Assembly (NCBI GenBank): GCA_023213395.1
Contig: CM041465.1
Coordinates: 174,475,741 to 174,539,740, forward strand
Length of the DNA: 64,000 nucleotides
DNA from: Cycas panzhihuaensis
Taxonomy: Eukaryota > Plantae > Cycadophyta
Direction: 5' to 3'
Program-made: the position numbers and the translations under genes
The notes under the pieces: generated by a model
Told to the model about the DNA's origin: nothing
Database searches by the model: none
Seen by the model: the letters and a program-made list of their open reading frames with translations, nothing else
Part shown: one piece after another, positions 1 to 13,650 of the stretch
Layout of the letters: every line of letters starts with the position of its first letter
Numbering within the stretch: position 1 is the stretch's first letter

Positions 1-1610
1 AAGTAACAAATTCTTGGTCAAAATGAATCGTGACAATCTCAAATATTTCCTCAATCAAAGCTCCTTATCAGAAGAACAACAAAAATGGGTAAGCTAGCTA
101 CAATCCTTTGATTTTGACATCATCTATAAGAAGGGAAAGGGGAACATGGTTGTAGATGATTTATCCAAGATTCTAGAACAATCAACATGCCAAGCTATCT
201 CAATAGTCAAACCCAATTGGACACAAGAATTGGCACAAGAATACAAGGAAGATCTAGCATCACAATAGATACTCTAGAAGATTTAAGAAGGAATACAGAT
301 AGATTACAGATTACAAAACGATTTGATACTACATTGGGGGAAGATTTTTGTCTCGCATACTTCAACACTCAAGGAGAAGTTCCTCCAAGAAGCTCACGCG
401 ACATTGTTGATAGGACACAGGGCATTGACAAAACATACGACCAAATCCATAACATATTTTTCTAGAAGGGATTGAAGGCAAACATCTACAAGTTCATTTT
501 TGAATGCGAAACTTATCAAAGAAATAAAAGTGAAAGCATCAAAATTCTAGGATTACTTCAACCGTTACATATGCTAGAACAAAAATGGGAAGGAATATTG
601 ATGTATTTTATTTTTAGTCTACCTAGAATAGAGGGAAAAGATTTGATATTTGTTGTAGTGGATCAATTGACCAAGTATCCACACCTCAAAGGCACACAAT
701 CCATAGCTAAGGCTACTTATGTCAGATTTATTTGTTAAAGAAATCCACAAACTGCATGATTTTTCTAAGGTCATAGTAATCAATCGCAACCCAAAATGCA
801 CAAGCAATTTTTGGTAAGAGATGTTCCAACAAGTAGGAACCAACTCACGATGAGCATAGCATATCATCCCCAAACAAGTGCATAAACAACAGAAGTAGTA
901 AATAAATGTTTGGAAGGCTATTTGCAAAATTTTTCATTTGATAAGCAACAACACTGGCATAAGTAGTTACATCTCATTGAATGGTGGTACAACACTTCCC
1001 ATCATACATCGGCTAAAATGACTCCTTTTCAAGCACTTTATGGATATGAACCTCCATCTCTCCTCACATGGGCTGACAACTCCAATGTACCTGCTGTATA
1101 GGATCAACAACAACAACAAATTGCTCAAGCATTACAAATTTTGAGAGCAATCTCAACTTAGCAAGGAACAACATGAAGTAGCAAGGCGACTTGCACAGAT
1201 TTGAAAAGTTATTTAAGAAAGGGGATTGGGTATTTTAAGGCTTCAACCATATAAATAATCTTCCCTAAAATAGGTAGGGAGGCACAAATTACAACCATGA
1301 TTTTATGGGCCTTATTAGATCTTGGAAAGGATAGAGTAGCCTATTCGCTCGATCTAACGGCATCCAAAAAAGTACACAATATGTTCCATGTTTCCTGTCT
1401 CAAATCAAAGTTGGGATAAACCGTAATAGCATAGTCAAAATTTTCAAAATTTGTAGACCCTAAAGGCATCCTCCAGATACAAACCAAGTAACTTTGACCC
1501 AAGGAGGTTCGAGAGTATTTGATCAAATAGAAGAACCTCAATAAAGAGGATGCCATGTGGGAATCCAAAGAATGGTTCCAACAACATTCTTACATTCCCA
1601 TGCTTTGAGG
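1..1610 (+). pseudogene. Ty3/gypsy (chromovirus) pol 3' part: RNase H end, integrase, chromodomain; decayed
   Basis: Translates to QQKWVS*LQSFDFDIIYKKGKGNMVVDDLS, IFVVVDQLTKYPHL, EWWYNTSHH, FYGPY and EYLIK*KNLNKEDAMWE, with many stops and frameshifts. Confidence 0.9.
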
Positions 1611-1637
1611 GCAAAGCATGTTTTTAGGAGAGGGACT

Positions 1638-2107
1638 TATAGCATGTCCTCTCTCTCTCTCTCTCTCTCTTCTAAAACTACCTTCCAATTCATGATAGTT
1701 ATTACATCTATATATTCTCTATTTAAGGAATAGACTTTCTCTCTTCTAAAATCGACTTCCATCCATGGCATTTATTACATCTATATATAGGCCTTCTTGC
1801 CCCATTTTATAATCATCATTTTGAGAGAGATTTAAGCTTTCCATTTTTGGCTCCTAGTTGGAGGCTGCAACTAGAGGACACCTCACCTCAAAGAGGGGAT
1901 TTTCTATAAGATTCAATATTTGTTATTTTCATTTGATACTATTTGATTTGCAAGGATTATTTGGTGTATTTCTAGAGATTTACTTTAGATTTGTGCATTT
2001 GTGGGTCATTATTATTATCATAAATTACTTTTAAATAGCATATATTTGTGTCATTTATTAATTTTGGTTTGAGTTTCAGTTGGAGTTCTTGCAAGCATCC
2101 AATAACA
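1638..2107 (+). repeat. 3' LTR of the chromovirus at 1-1610
   Basis: Follows purine tract aggagaggga (1626-1635). Starts tatagca (decayed TGTAGCA) and ends aataaca exactly where the copia integrase is cut. Contains (CT)n and an internal ~75-bp duplication. Confidence 0.75.
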
Positions 2108-5100
2108 TCCTTGCCTTTCATCATGGACTTGGCTTTTTCAACCAAGGTCCTGTTCATACGCTCAGCTACCCCATTCTACTGAGGTGTGTAGGTAGTAGCA
2201 AATTGTCTTTTTATCCCCTGACCCTTGCAAATTTGATTGAATTCATTTGAGGTGAATTCTCTACCATTATCAATTCGCAAAATTTTAATCTTGTGTCCAC
2301 TTTCATTTTTAGCACTTTCCTTAAGCTGTTTGAAAGGGTAAAGGCTTGAGATTTCTCCTTTAAAAGATAGACCTAAACTTTCTGTGAGAAGTCATCAATG
2401 AAAGTAAAGGGTAAAGGCTTGAGATTTCTCCTTTAAAAGATAGCCCTAAACTATCTATGAGAAGTCATCAATGAAAGTAAGGAAATACTTAGCTCCTCCA
2501 AGTGATACAACTGGCATTGGTCCATAGATATCCGAGTGTACCAAGCAAAGCTTCTCTTTGGCCCACCGAGCTCGTTTTTAGGAAAATGGTTTTTTGTGTT
2601 GTTTATTCATAATGCAGGGTTCACACATATAGTTTTTAACGTTAGTTTTAGGTAGGCCATGCAACATCTTTAACTTATGCATCAATTGAAGACCATAGTA
2701 GTTCAAATGTCTCCTTTTTTCATGCCAAAGTTTCTATTTTGGAGATGTAGTAAGCAAGACTCTTTGTACTTTAGAGCGTCCTTGTAGTTTATACAAATGA
2801 TTATCCCTAATTCCTATATCTACAACCTTGGTCTGTTCATCTTAAACCATGCCCTATCCTCCAACAAATGTGATACTTGTGTTTTGCTATTCAATTTCTC
2901 CCACTAATACAAGGTTGGCCTTCAAATTAGGTACATAAAGCACATACTCCAAGTAATATTTCTCTCCATTTGGCATCTTGATGGGTACATTTCTAACACC
3001 AATTACCTCCAGATCAATATTATCTTCAATGGTGACTTTTTGGTTGACCTCCCACATCTCCCTAAACCATTCCAGCCTATTAGTCATGTCTAGACACACC
3101 AGAGTCTATGAACCAAACATCATGTGCATAAGATCACATTTTGAATGCCACAATGAAAATCGTTTTCTCTATCTCTACAGATGCATTCCTCAATGCATGT
3201 GAAATGTGTTCTCTTTGACTAGTAAGATGTTGTTATCTCTACCACTACTGAGGTTGATGTTGCGATTGTTGTTGCTTCCACTACAATTCCCAACAATCCA
3301 CCTTTATATGCCCAACCTAACCACCGTGAAAAAACTTAGGTTTGTATTGCCCTTTGGAATTTCTAGGCCTCTCCTAAACATTGTATTCAAAGGATGTGTT
3401 CCTCCTAAAACAAATGGTTTTTTCCCCTTTGTTCTGGTTGCTAGTGCTCCAGACAACTCCTTGCTCAGGTTCTTTAGCTTCTATTCGTTCTCAAGCAGTA
3501 ATGATTCCAAGGAACTAAAAGTTATGGTGGAAAGCTTGTCTACTAGTGTCAAGGTGGTGGTGAAGTTCTCAGAGGCAACTGGTAGACTCCTCAAGATGCA
3601 AGTGATTATCTCGTTCTTAGGCATGGTCTCTACAATGTTGATTGGCTAGTATTGAATGGTTTTAACTTGCTATAGATGGTCCATATGGTTTCCATAAGTT
3701 TCAAGTTGCACAATTGATTTCTTAGCTTCAAGGCTCTCACATCATCCTTTTGCTCAAACAATGTGGTGACTATATCCCATATTCTCTTACGGTTAATGGA
3801 AACTCTTATGTTCATAACGAGGTTATCACTAATTGACAGACTAAAAAAACCAAAAGTGATTCCCACTTTTGCATCATCTTCTACTTTAAAATTTGTGTCA
3901 TCTTTTAATTTGGTTGTAAAAGCAATAATCTCTACAGTAGTTATCCCCGTTGCTGAATTCTCCATATACTTCTACAAATCATTGAGAAAGAGGAAGCTAC
4001 GCATATGACACTTCCACATAGCATAATTTTTAGAACCAGTGAGTTTTTCAATAACAGATCCCATTATCCCACTCCCACTTGCCATGGTTAAATGTGTCCT
4101 ATAGAATCAAAGCTCAACTTGCAATCCAAATTTGATCAGAGATTGTCTTACCCATAACACATCCAAAGAACAAAATTTCAAAAAAAATCTCCACACTATC
4201 TTTGATCTACACATGGTAGCTAGAATCAACCCAATAAAATTTCTTAGTCTATGTGCAGGTAGCCAAAATTAACACCAAAATATTAAAAAATACATTTTAC
4301 ATTATCTGTTGTATGTAATGGTCCATATGAACATCATTAGATGAAAGAGAGCAAAAGTCTAAATAAGTTGTGTTCTCAAATTTTCAAATGGGTTGTTGTA
4401 TTAGCTAGAAATGGCTTTAGCCCTTTCATTGCAATATGACCAGGGGCTAATTTGTTGGGTGCTTGAGGCCAGATTTCAAAAGGTTATAAAAGAATAATTT
4501 GATGTCACTTGACTTTGTAGAAATGAAAATTTTATTTTACCCAAAGTTTTCAAATATGAATATTTGATAGATATACTTCTTCCATTACAATTTTTTGTGA
4601 TTTTTTGTTTATTTTTTGTGTTTTTTAAATCTACAATTTGATTAGGTTTGTTTGGGGATCTTTGACCATCTCGGTATTTGTTTTGTCTTCAACTAGTATT
4701 GATCTACCTGTGTCTAGCGATTGATACCATTCAAACTTCAACGTTTAATGATCTTCATTTTGTCACAAAAGACTTTGCCATTAATATTCTTCACGTTCAT
4801 TGACTTCAAGTTTAGAAATGATGTCTCATTGTTCATCTTGCAGATTCTCTTTGAATTTGAAGGTGTTTTCTTGAATGTGACTTTGATGGATTCAACATTG
4901 GCATTTAATCTAGTTTTAAAACCCACAAAAATTTGATCTTGACCTTGCTATAGTCGAACCTTCTCATGGAAGCTCTTTAGCACTTGCTCATTGCTCAGTA
5001 GTCTCAGGAGTCAACTCTCTTATCAAACCTTTGTTTGTTGTATAAGCGATCATATGAATGTACTCCATCATCGTTGAAATCCATGGCCATGAACCAACAC

Positions 5101-5340
5101 AAATGCCCACACAAACTTACTATGAATGCTCCAAACAAAACCCACAAAAGAAATTATTTGACCCTACAATGGCAATTGAAAAACTAGAAACTTGCTCTAT
5201 AAGTCCATAGAGATACTCTACTCCAAAGTTTTAAAAAATTTTCCCTAGCCATATATTTACAATGAAATATCCAAGCATTACATTGAGTTTTTCATAGTTC
5301 AAACCATTAAAAAATTTCAAACCAGGACCTCACACATGAA

Positions 5341-5355
5341 CCCACTCTGATAGCA
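5341..5355 (-). promoter_or_regulatory. Primer-binding site, tRNA-iMet type
   Basis: Reverse complement tgctatcagagtggg resembles TGGTATCAGAGC and abuts the LTR end CA. Confidence 0.8.
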
Positions 5356-5698
5356 TGTTGGTATTCGCAGCTAGGATCAAACATGATAGAAGAAAATTGA
5401 AACAAGAACACTCAAGGAAAATCGGCTTCAACAAATGCTTATATTCATCTCTCCCATACATTTTACAACACAAAGTACAAATACATATACTATACACTAT
5501 ACACAACAAGAAATGTAACATACACTACAAGAAATGTATTTGCTTACATGTGGTCCTAACAAGTGTGTGGATGGTTGAGTAACCCCCACAACTCATTGCT
5601 CACACACTAATAAAAAAATGCTAAAAGTACAATACAGAAAAGGCAAGGGGGAAGCTCATTGTGAGCCTAGATATTTATCAACATTAATTATTCCAACA
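5356..5698 (-). repeat. 5' LTR of the minus-strand copia
   Basis: tgttgg...ccaaca termini next to the PBS. Partner LTR is outside the window; 5747 is an alternative far end. Confidence 0.65.
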
Positions 5699-5719
5699 AT
5701 TTCATTGAGTATGATCTAG

Positions 5720-7980
5720 TTATCATAGACCTTGGCTATTGACAACACAACGAGTTCCACAACGAGACCTTCCAATGCCACCCAAGGAGCCAATGAATAA
5801 AGAAAGAGCAGAATCCAACCGAGAGAGCACAGTAAGATGGGCCAAGGGGCGAGGGGAATAACATGAAAAGAAGAAGACAATAGTAATAGGAGAAGCTAGG
5901 GAGAGGTCAACTAATGAAACAAAAAAATAGTGAAGAAAAGCATGCCCCATTGATAGATAAGTAGGTATAATATAGATACATTTGATGATAAAGTGACCCC
6001 TAAGACATAAGAAGCCCACCTATTAGACTTTGGCGAGGCATAAATAGGTAAGGAACAAATCTATGGCTAGAAAATGACATTAGAAGAAAGTTTAGAGAGC
6101 TTGAACAGAAAAGAAGAAAATGTAATAGAAGGTCCCATGGCAGATTTCAAGAATTTCTTTATCAAACAGTTATTCAATACACCTCCAAGAAGGGTGCCAA
6201 GGGAAGACAATCTATTCTTAATTGAAACTCCATTAATAATCCATATTCCAAGGATAGATACACTAATATATTTGAGGATGTTTCATAGAAATCCCTTATT
6301 TAAGAATAAAATAGAGCCAAAACCAACACCCATAATGGCAAACATACCACCCCCAATTGTGATATGTCAAAACAAAAATGTCCTTAGTCATCTCATTTTT
6401 TATGGTACAAATGACCCTATAGAGAACCTATTTCTATTTAAAAATATGATTGCAATATGATGCATTGAGAAAGAGGAGGACATTAAGGATCATTTTGCAT
6501 GTACATTATAGGGTGTCATGCAAGCATGGCATTATAACTTGAGTACTGACACTGTGGATTAGGAAAGTACTTAGCAAAGATTCTTAGAGAGATTCTATAA
6601 ACTTGATGACAATCAAGAGGTAATTTGGGCCTCAAAAGAGATCGGGCAACATCTTGGGAATTAGCTCTAAACTATGAAAGCATAATCAATATAAGTGTAG
6701 TGAATATGACATCAAATGTAGTTATACCAAATTACCTTTTGCAAGGATTTTCTATGGATGAGTTGTCAATAAAGTTACATGACTCAATGAGGCAACACCC
6801 AATCAAGAGTTATAACCAAGCACATGACTTGGCACTGAAATTTGAGGTCCAAATTAATAATGAGGGGGGTGTCTTAAGAGATGATAGTATGTTCTAATAA
6901 CTAAAAGTAGAAATCTAAGAATTACATGTTGAGAGAATATGTCATGGCACCACAAAAATAAAAGGAAATACTAAGCTAGAAGTACTCCACTTAGAAATAG
7001 CTAAGTTGAAATTGGACTTAGCAAAGGCCTAGAAAAAGCCAATAGAGCCTAATATAAAGCCACAATAACAAATTGTAGAATAAGAAGCAAGAAGAGACAA
7101 TAGAAAAGTGGTGCATAATTATGAAGCATTGATGCATGATCACGTGATTGCTACTATAATGCAGAACATAATAATGCTCGAGGAAGTGGGTGAGGAAAAG
7201 GAGGCAACCCAAGCCCTCCTACACAATAAAGGTGTTAGATTTTAACATGGAAAGCATTCAACTCCAACATCAATATCAACAATATCAATGAACAAAGCAA
7301 GGCTTGTATTAAGATAACACCATCAGATTACACCAAAACACTAATGCACCATAGACTCAACATGAGTCCCAATGATGACTTCATTACATACACTACCTCA
7401 ACCACCTTTATATACAACATAGGTGGGAGAACATACAAGAGATGGGACACGTGGGACAATTACCTTTAACTTAACCAATGACACTTTACCAACTAATGAC
7501 CTTCTAACTTTCCACACAATATTATTATAAGGTATGACCCTTAGACCTTAATACTTAGGACTATGACTAAGGCACATATAACATTAAACCTTATCTTCTA
7601 AGAAAAGGTAGTGTAAAATCCACCCAACAAGGAGAAACCAATGTGGCGATTGCATGTTTTATTTCGAATTTGGCCATTGGCATTTGAATGGCCATACGAG
7701 AAAGTGGGAAATGAAACTTTCTCACATGTTTCACAAATGTGGGCTTGTTAACCATGACTCAGATAACTGTTTGAATAATGACAAAACCACCAATTTGAAA
7801 ACAATAAGCCAAGAGTAGCTAGGCCACTAAACTAACAAATAAGGAGTGGTGTAAAAGAGAAAGCTAAACTAATAACGTCCAACTACATAAACCTCACAAT
7901 AGAGATTGATCAGTTCATAGCCGCTAAGAAAGCATTAGAGTAAGCAATAAGGGAAGTGGAAGCTAGCCAACCAATGTCAC
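5720..7980 (+). pseudogene. Decayed Ty3/gypsy gag (capsid-like region and zinc knuckle)
   Basis: FYGTNDPIENL..HFACTL*GVMQAWHY; decayed CCHC-like motif near 7720-7770; continues beyond the 7981-16087 insertion. Confidence 0.6.
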
Positions 7981-8267
7981 TGATGAGTAACTCATTACTG
8001 ATAATGTATGTTTAATATTCTTTGTACTATAGGATACGAGTAACTCATTACTTATAATGTATGTTTAGAATATATGATACTCACTCAATAATTAGGTGGA
8101 ACAATTACTTCATGGATGACAAGTGTCCTTCCATGCACCCCACCAACATATGTATATATACTAATGATCATTTTAGGAATACATTAAGGAAGAAGAAGTC
8201 TCATTCTTCACTTGCTCCCTCGGGGTTTTCAAGTATGCTTATTCTTTCTCTGTCTTAATGCTCATCA
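7981..8267 (+). repeat. 5' LTR
   Basis: Direct repeat of 15854-16087 with an extra internal duplication of the LTR start (gagtaactcattac... recurs at 8038). Confidence 0.92.
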
Positions 8268-11200
8268 ATTTGGTATAGCCTAGTCAGCCTCGGGGGATCT
8301 TAGCATCGTTTTTTTTTTTCTTCTTGCCATAATCCATCTTTGCAAGCATCTCGTCAAAGCCTCAACAGACTGAGTTCTAGATATGAAGGCTTTGTCAATA
8401 GATTTGATCTGTCCATCCTTAGAAAATTCATTATAGACATGTTATCCATCATTACGAGTTGCTAGACCCACTTAGAAGGCTATGACACAATAAACTCAAG
8501 ACCAAGTCAGATTTGGCATCCTCCATTTTCTTCCGAATGTGGTGACTCTACTCTACACAGTGGGCATTGTTTTGATTCCAACGGGGAAAAAAAAAGTCAA
8601 CAATAAACCCTTACAAAGAAGGACATGCCATTGATTGTAGATCTAGTCATAAGAGGAGTAGATTTCCATGTCTGTCCGAGTGCTTCTATGGATTAGTGGA
8701 CATAATCTGCATAGTCATACTTGGGATCAAATTACATGAACCCATACAAGACAAAGATCAAAGATCTGAGACTATTCTGGCTAAATTGTGGGCAACACCA
8801 AGCGCATCTAGACATTGCCACTCCAGATTCAAACCCGATGAAAAAATGCAAAATAGCACATTTGCAAAGATGAATTGACCTGTGACATTTAGCCAAGCTC
8901 ATTTTTCCAAAGTAGGAGATTATATTTCAATTAGTATAATCTTTAGAATATTTCCTCTCTAATCTTTCTTTTAGCCTAAGGTAATTCCCTTTTACAAATA
9001 TCATTTTATAATACACCACCTCTAAATTGACATTTTTTTTTCAAAAATCCATTGAGACATTGTCATTTCTCGCCTTTACTCTTGAGGCTTTTCCTTTTTG
9101 TCTCTTTATATTATTACCACAAAAAAAAAAATGAGCTTATAGCATTTCATAGGCATATAGCCGTGAGCCCTCACAAGCAGGCATACCCCATCACAATCAT
9201 TATTTTTGTAGTACGAATATATAGTTGCAGGTCCTCATATGCAGGCATACACTGTCATAATTTGGACATATAGCCTAATAGGCAACCATACCCCACCTTG
9301 TTCACAATGTCTCATGAGCAAGAGGGACACTCCACTGGCAAAATCACCCAATATTGGCACAAGAACTCAAAGAGTAGTGCCAAGATGCCCAGACATTCCA
9401 ACAGAACTTGGTCACTAGTATGATGACCATGTTCCAACAACTTTGGCACTAGCAAGCAACCCCCACAACACTTCTGCTCCAACAACTCTCTTTTAAGCTA
9501 GACACAAAAATCAATATTCCACTTTTTGAGGGGACCTTGAAAACAAATAAATTAGACACATGGCTTCACAGTCTTGAAGCATACTTTAAGACATAATAAT
9601 TAAAAGAGCCCCAAAAGATAATGATTGTCCAAGTACACATGGTTGATCAAACCTTAAATTGGCGGCAAGGCCTCTCACACCAACAATCTGTCACTAACTG
9701 GAGTGATTTCAAAACAACCATTTACAAATAGTTTTACCCATTGGAGTACATGGACAAGATCACCACACGACAGCTACACTTATGACAATCTTTAGGGCAG
9801 TCAGTCCAACAATACATTGACAAGTTCCTTAAACTTTCCATTTAGTTGGAGATTACCAATTTAGATCACATTCTCAAGCTTAAGTTCGTTGGAGGCCTCT
9901 TCTCATACATTTGGCACGAAATGGACCTACTCCAAATTTCTACACCATAGGTAGCCTTCCAATTAGCCCTCAAGATAGAAGGCAACAACGAAAGCCAAAA
10001 ATGCCTCAATTGCCCTTTGTAGCACTTGTTCTTCATCCAAGGCAACATATGTGCCTAAATCCCAGTGGCCACCAACCACGAGCTCCAAAAAGTACTCCTC
10101 TTTTCACAAATTCTACAAGTACATAGATAATGAATGCAAGGCACAACAAAAGACCCACATCTTAATTCATAGAGCCAAAAGCAACACCAGAACAAGGAGA
10201 CATCATTACTATAGCCAACCCAGAAGCTCCAAATCCACGTTCGACACTCATGACAATTGAATATTCTACACAACACAGAGAGTAATTGTTCACTCAAAAT
10301 TGTCAAGTCAAAGATTGGCTAACTCTTTGCATCATTGACAACAAAAGCGTGAAGAATTTGATCTTTAAATCTGTAGCGAACTCCCTGCAACTACCCACCA
10401 AACCACATCCCAAACCATACACTCTTGGATGGGTAACATCCACTGGACAAACCACCATAGTTAACGAGATTTGCAGCATCACATTTACTATCCCAACATT
10501 CATCGACACAATCAATTGCAATGTTACCCCTGTGGATTGTAGTGACATCATACTTGAGCATCCCTACCAACATGATTGTCAAGCATTATATGATGGATTT
10601 CATAACACTTATATACTCCACAAAGATGGAAAGACATAAATTTGCATCTGCAACTACTACTTCTCCTCCATCTATGACACTTCTTACAAGAATCAAGTAG
10701 TCAAACTAGTTAGTACTTCCAAACAAATGGTACTTTGTGTAGTTCGACAAGTTGAAAAAGCTAATTATAACAAAGCTCCACCAATAACAATAAGAGCTCT
10801 TTTCGATGCATATTCCAATGTGTTTGAAGATCCCAAAGGACTTCAACCAAAAGGAGCCATACAACATGCCATTGACCTTTTCCCAGTATCACCCCTCTCA
10901 AATGAAGCTCCATATTGAACAACCCCAATTGCACACGTTGAACTGAAACACCAACTTGTCCAATTAATTGAAGAAGGAAAAATTCAACCAAGTTGCTCTC
11001 CTTGTAGCTCCCCGGTCTTGTTGATCCCTAAAAAGGACAAAGAATGGTGCTTTGCATCAACTACAAGGCTTTAAATAAAATCATAGTAAAAAATAGGTAT
11101 CCTCTTCCACGCATTGACAACTTGCTAGATCAACTTAAAGGAGCCAAGTGCTTCACCAAAATTGACTTGGCCTCAAGATATCAGCGAGTTCGCATGGAAG

Positions 11201-11287
11201 CACGTGACACTTGGAAAATGGCCTTTAAGACCTAGCATGGCTTATATAAGTGGTTAGTTATGTCTTTGGCCTAACCAATGCCCCTAT

Positions 11288-13650
11288 TGTTGGTTTTGGA
11301 GAGGCTTCGATACCACAATGTTGGATTTGTGGTATAGCTATGATATCATAAAGATGAATTAAGATGTGAAGCAACATAAGTGGACCCAACAATGTACAAA
11401 GAATGATGAATGTGGTGAGTGAATGATAAAGAAATGAGACACAATAAGATGAACATGTACAAGAATAAGCGTAAAGTATAGTGGAAGATTGGCCAAACTT
11501 CAAATTATGAGAAAGATCATGTATATACTTATACGACATCTCACCACATCTGACAACCCTCAAAGGTCAACCATTGTGTGTTGTCACACTTTTCAAGGTC
11601 ATACACAAAACTCAAAGCGACGATGAATATAAAATATGAATAATATAAGAAAAAGTGTGAATGTGGTTGGAATGTAATTGGATATTACATCCAACATTTT
11701 TCTCTGTAATAAACAAGTACATTACATCAAATATCACATCTAATATAAATTTCGAAGTTTTCAAATCGTGCTAGATCAAGTTGTTGCAAATAACATAAAA
11801 TGTTGCTGACGTCCATATGAAGTGAGTTCCATCCATTAAACCGTATGGGTAACCAACAGTTGTAACCACTGGTTAGCTAGATTGCTCTTTAGTGTATTGG
11901 TGCAGTTAGTGCCAAGTCAGCTACACCCTGGAAACATGCCATTCTATGTCGCTGAACAAGTAAGCTGAGAATAATGCAAGAGTAGCTGAAAAGAAGGGAC
12001 CCACCTCTTGTCAATATGGCACAATAAATTGTTGTCATTGACTACAATGGCTGAAAATACATGATGAAATGGCTCTATGGCCTTACAAGGGCACTATGGC
12101 CTTAAATTTGCTTCCACAGGCTTACAAACTTCCCTCTATGTGCTTACAAATACCTCTTAAGGGCTTACATTTACCTCAATGGGCTTACATTTTCCACAAT
12201 GGGCTACAATGTCCAGCAATAATGTCATAAACATGACTGAAAAATGGATGTAACTCAATAATCATTAACAATGACTCTTTACATGATAATTTTGACAAAT
12301 TTTAGTGATAAATGGGTTCTCAAGAGCCTAAAGTAGAACCTATATAACAACTTTTACATTTACCCACCCCCCCCCCCCCCCCCAATTTGGTGTACATTAC
12401 ATCAATATAAATGATATCAAATAGTTTGGAACCTTTGAAAATGAAGAAATGTGCCTAAAAATAATGAAAAATTCATAAAAAAGTAAGTTATGAAAAAAAC
12501 TTTTCATTTTGGGTTGAAATTTCTTCATCGAATCAACTCCAAAATAGCTCATCTAAGCTGTCAAATCAAACAGGGCTGACCTGAATTTCCAATACAACTT
12601 TCAATTTGAAATCCAATTTCGTATGCTCAAGATACAACTAAAAATGTGAAGCCAACTCCTCATGAAATGTGAAGGGGGCTAAAATCAGGGGCTTTTTCCC
12701 TTTCGTGTTGAGTTGGTGGTCATATGGCACCTCCATGTGACCAAGGGCTAAACATAGAGGGGGCTTCATGGATTCCAAATAATATCAAATTTAGTTAATA
12801 TTTTTTTGCAAATAAAAAAAAATTAAAATCGTTTTGGATGATGATTTTGTGTCTATGTAATCATAAATAAAATTGCCAAAAATATATTACACCAAAATTT
12901 TTTCATCATGTATAATATTCTGCCAAAAATCATATTGCACTATTAGGGTTTTCCATATTGATGAGTTGCATTCTTTGTGATGTTATTATAGGTGGATTTT
13001 TTGCAGGGCGCCATGATATTACAACCCCTTCATTTGCCTCTAGCATCTTTCACCATTGAATGACAATTGTTTACTGTTGGTCTCGCGTGCCTTGTTCAAT
13101 TCATTGTTGTCTACTGTCGCCTTTTGTGTGGTTGCTTCTATGCTTTTCTGCCTTCATACTCTGCCATTTCTTGTCTATAGCCTTTTGAGCAAGTATTATA
13201 GGGATGATTTTTCTTTGTTCTAGGTCTCTCATCTGTTGACTTGAAAATACGACCCTATTGTAAATGCAGATGCATTTTTCACCAAATGCAAATCAAAATG
13301 ATACTGTTTAGCACAAATGGTGGGTGAAAACGCAAATCAAAATGATATTGTTCAACATAAATGGTAAACTACTGCTAAGTACATGACAATGGCACAAATG
13401 CGAATCAATTGACTCTCACCACAAACTTAACTGACACTTGATATTCAACAGTCTAACCAACATACAACTTGTAATGGAACAAATATACATAGTTGATGAT
13501 GTTCAAACTTGTATAGACGTAGCCGCCCATTCACACCATCTCCTCTCTCAATCAACTATGGCATTCTTCCTTCGTAGGCACTTCAGTTACCATACATTTT
13601 CCTTTTCTCCCCGTTATTATTATTATTTTACAACATATAGAGATTTTCCC
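11288..13650 (-). mobile_element. Truncated LTR element (3' LTR 11288-11696 plus non-coding internal DNA) inserted in the chromovirus RT
   Basis: tgttgg...ccaaca LTR with a purine run on the minus strand at 11697-11706. Host RT stops at GLTNAP (11287) and resumes at SISYLAFI (~13680) with the YxDD region missing. LTR end resembles that of copia A. Confidence 0.6.
12075..12215. repeat. Degenerate ~20-bp tandem repeat
   Basis: About 7 units resembling gggcttacatttacctcaat. Confidence 0.7.

Larger units (their letters stand above)
2108..5698 (-). mobile_element. Ty1/copia element, 5' half (LTR, PBS, ~1.25-kb leader, gag, protease, integrase), interrupted at 2107 by the gypsy
   Basis: Minus-strand MNRTLVEKAKSMM (integrase), VLYVPNLKANLVLVG (protease region), gag ORF 3630-3965. 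Protease-then-integrase order is copia-type. 73-bp tandem duplication at 2333-2480. Confidence 0.9.

Noticed and set aside
3206-3649. 147-aa plus-strand ORF and similar hydrophobic ORFs (19685-19990, 38499-38825)
   Set aside because: Antisense shadows of purine-rich retroelement coding strands.
12367-12383. Poly-C run (also (CT)n 1649-1670 and (AAT)n 17080-17100)
   Set aside because: Ordinary simple repeats.
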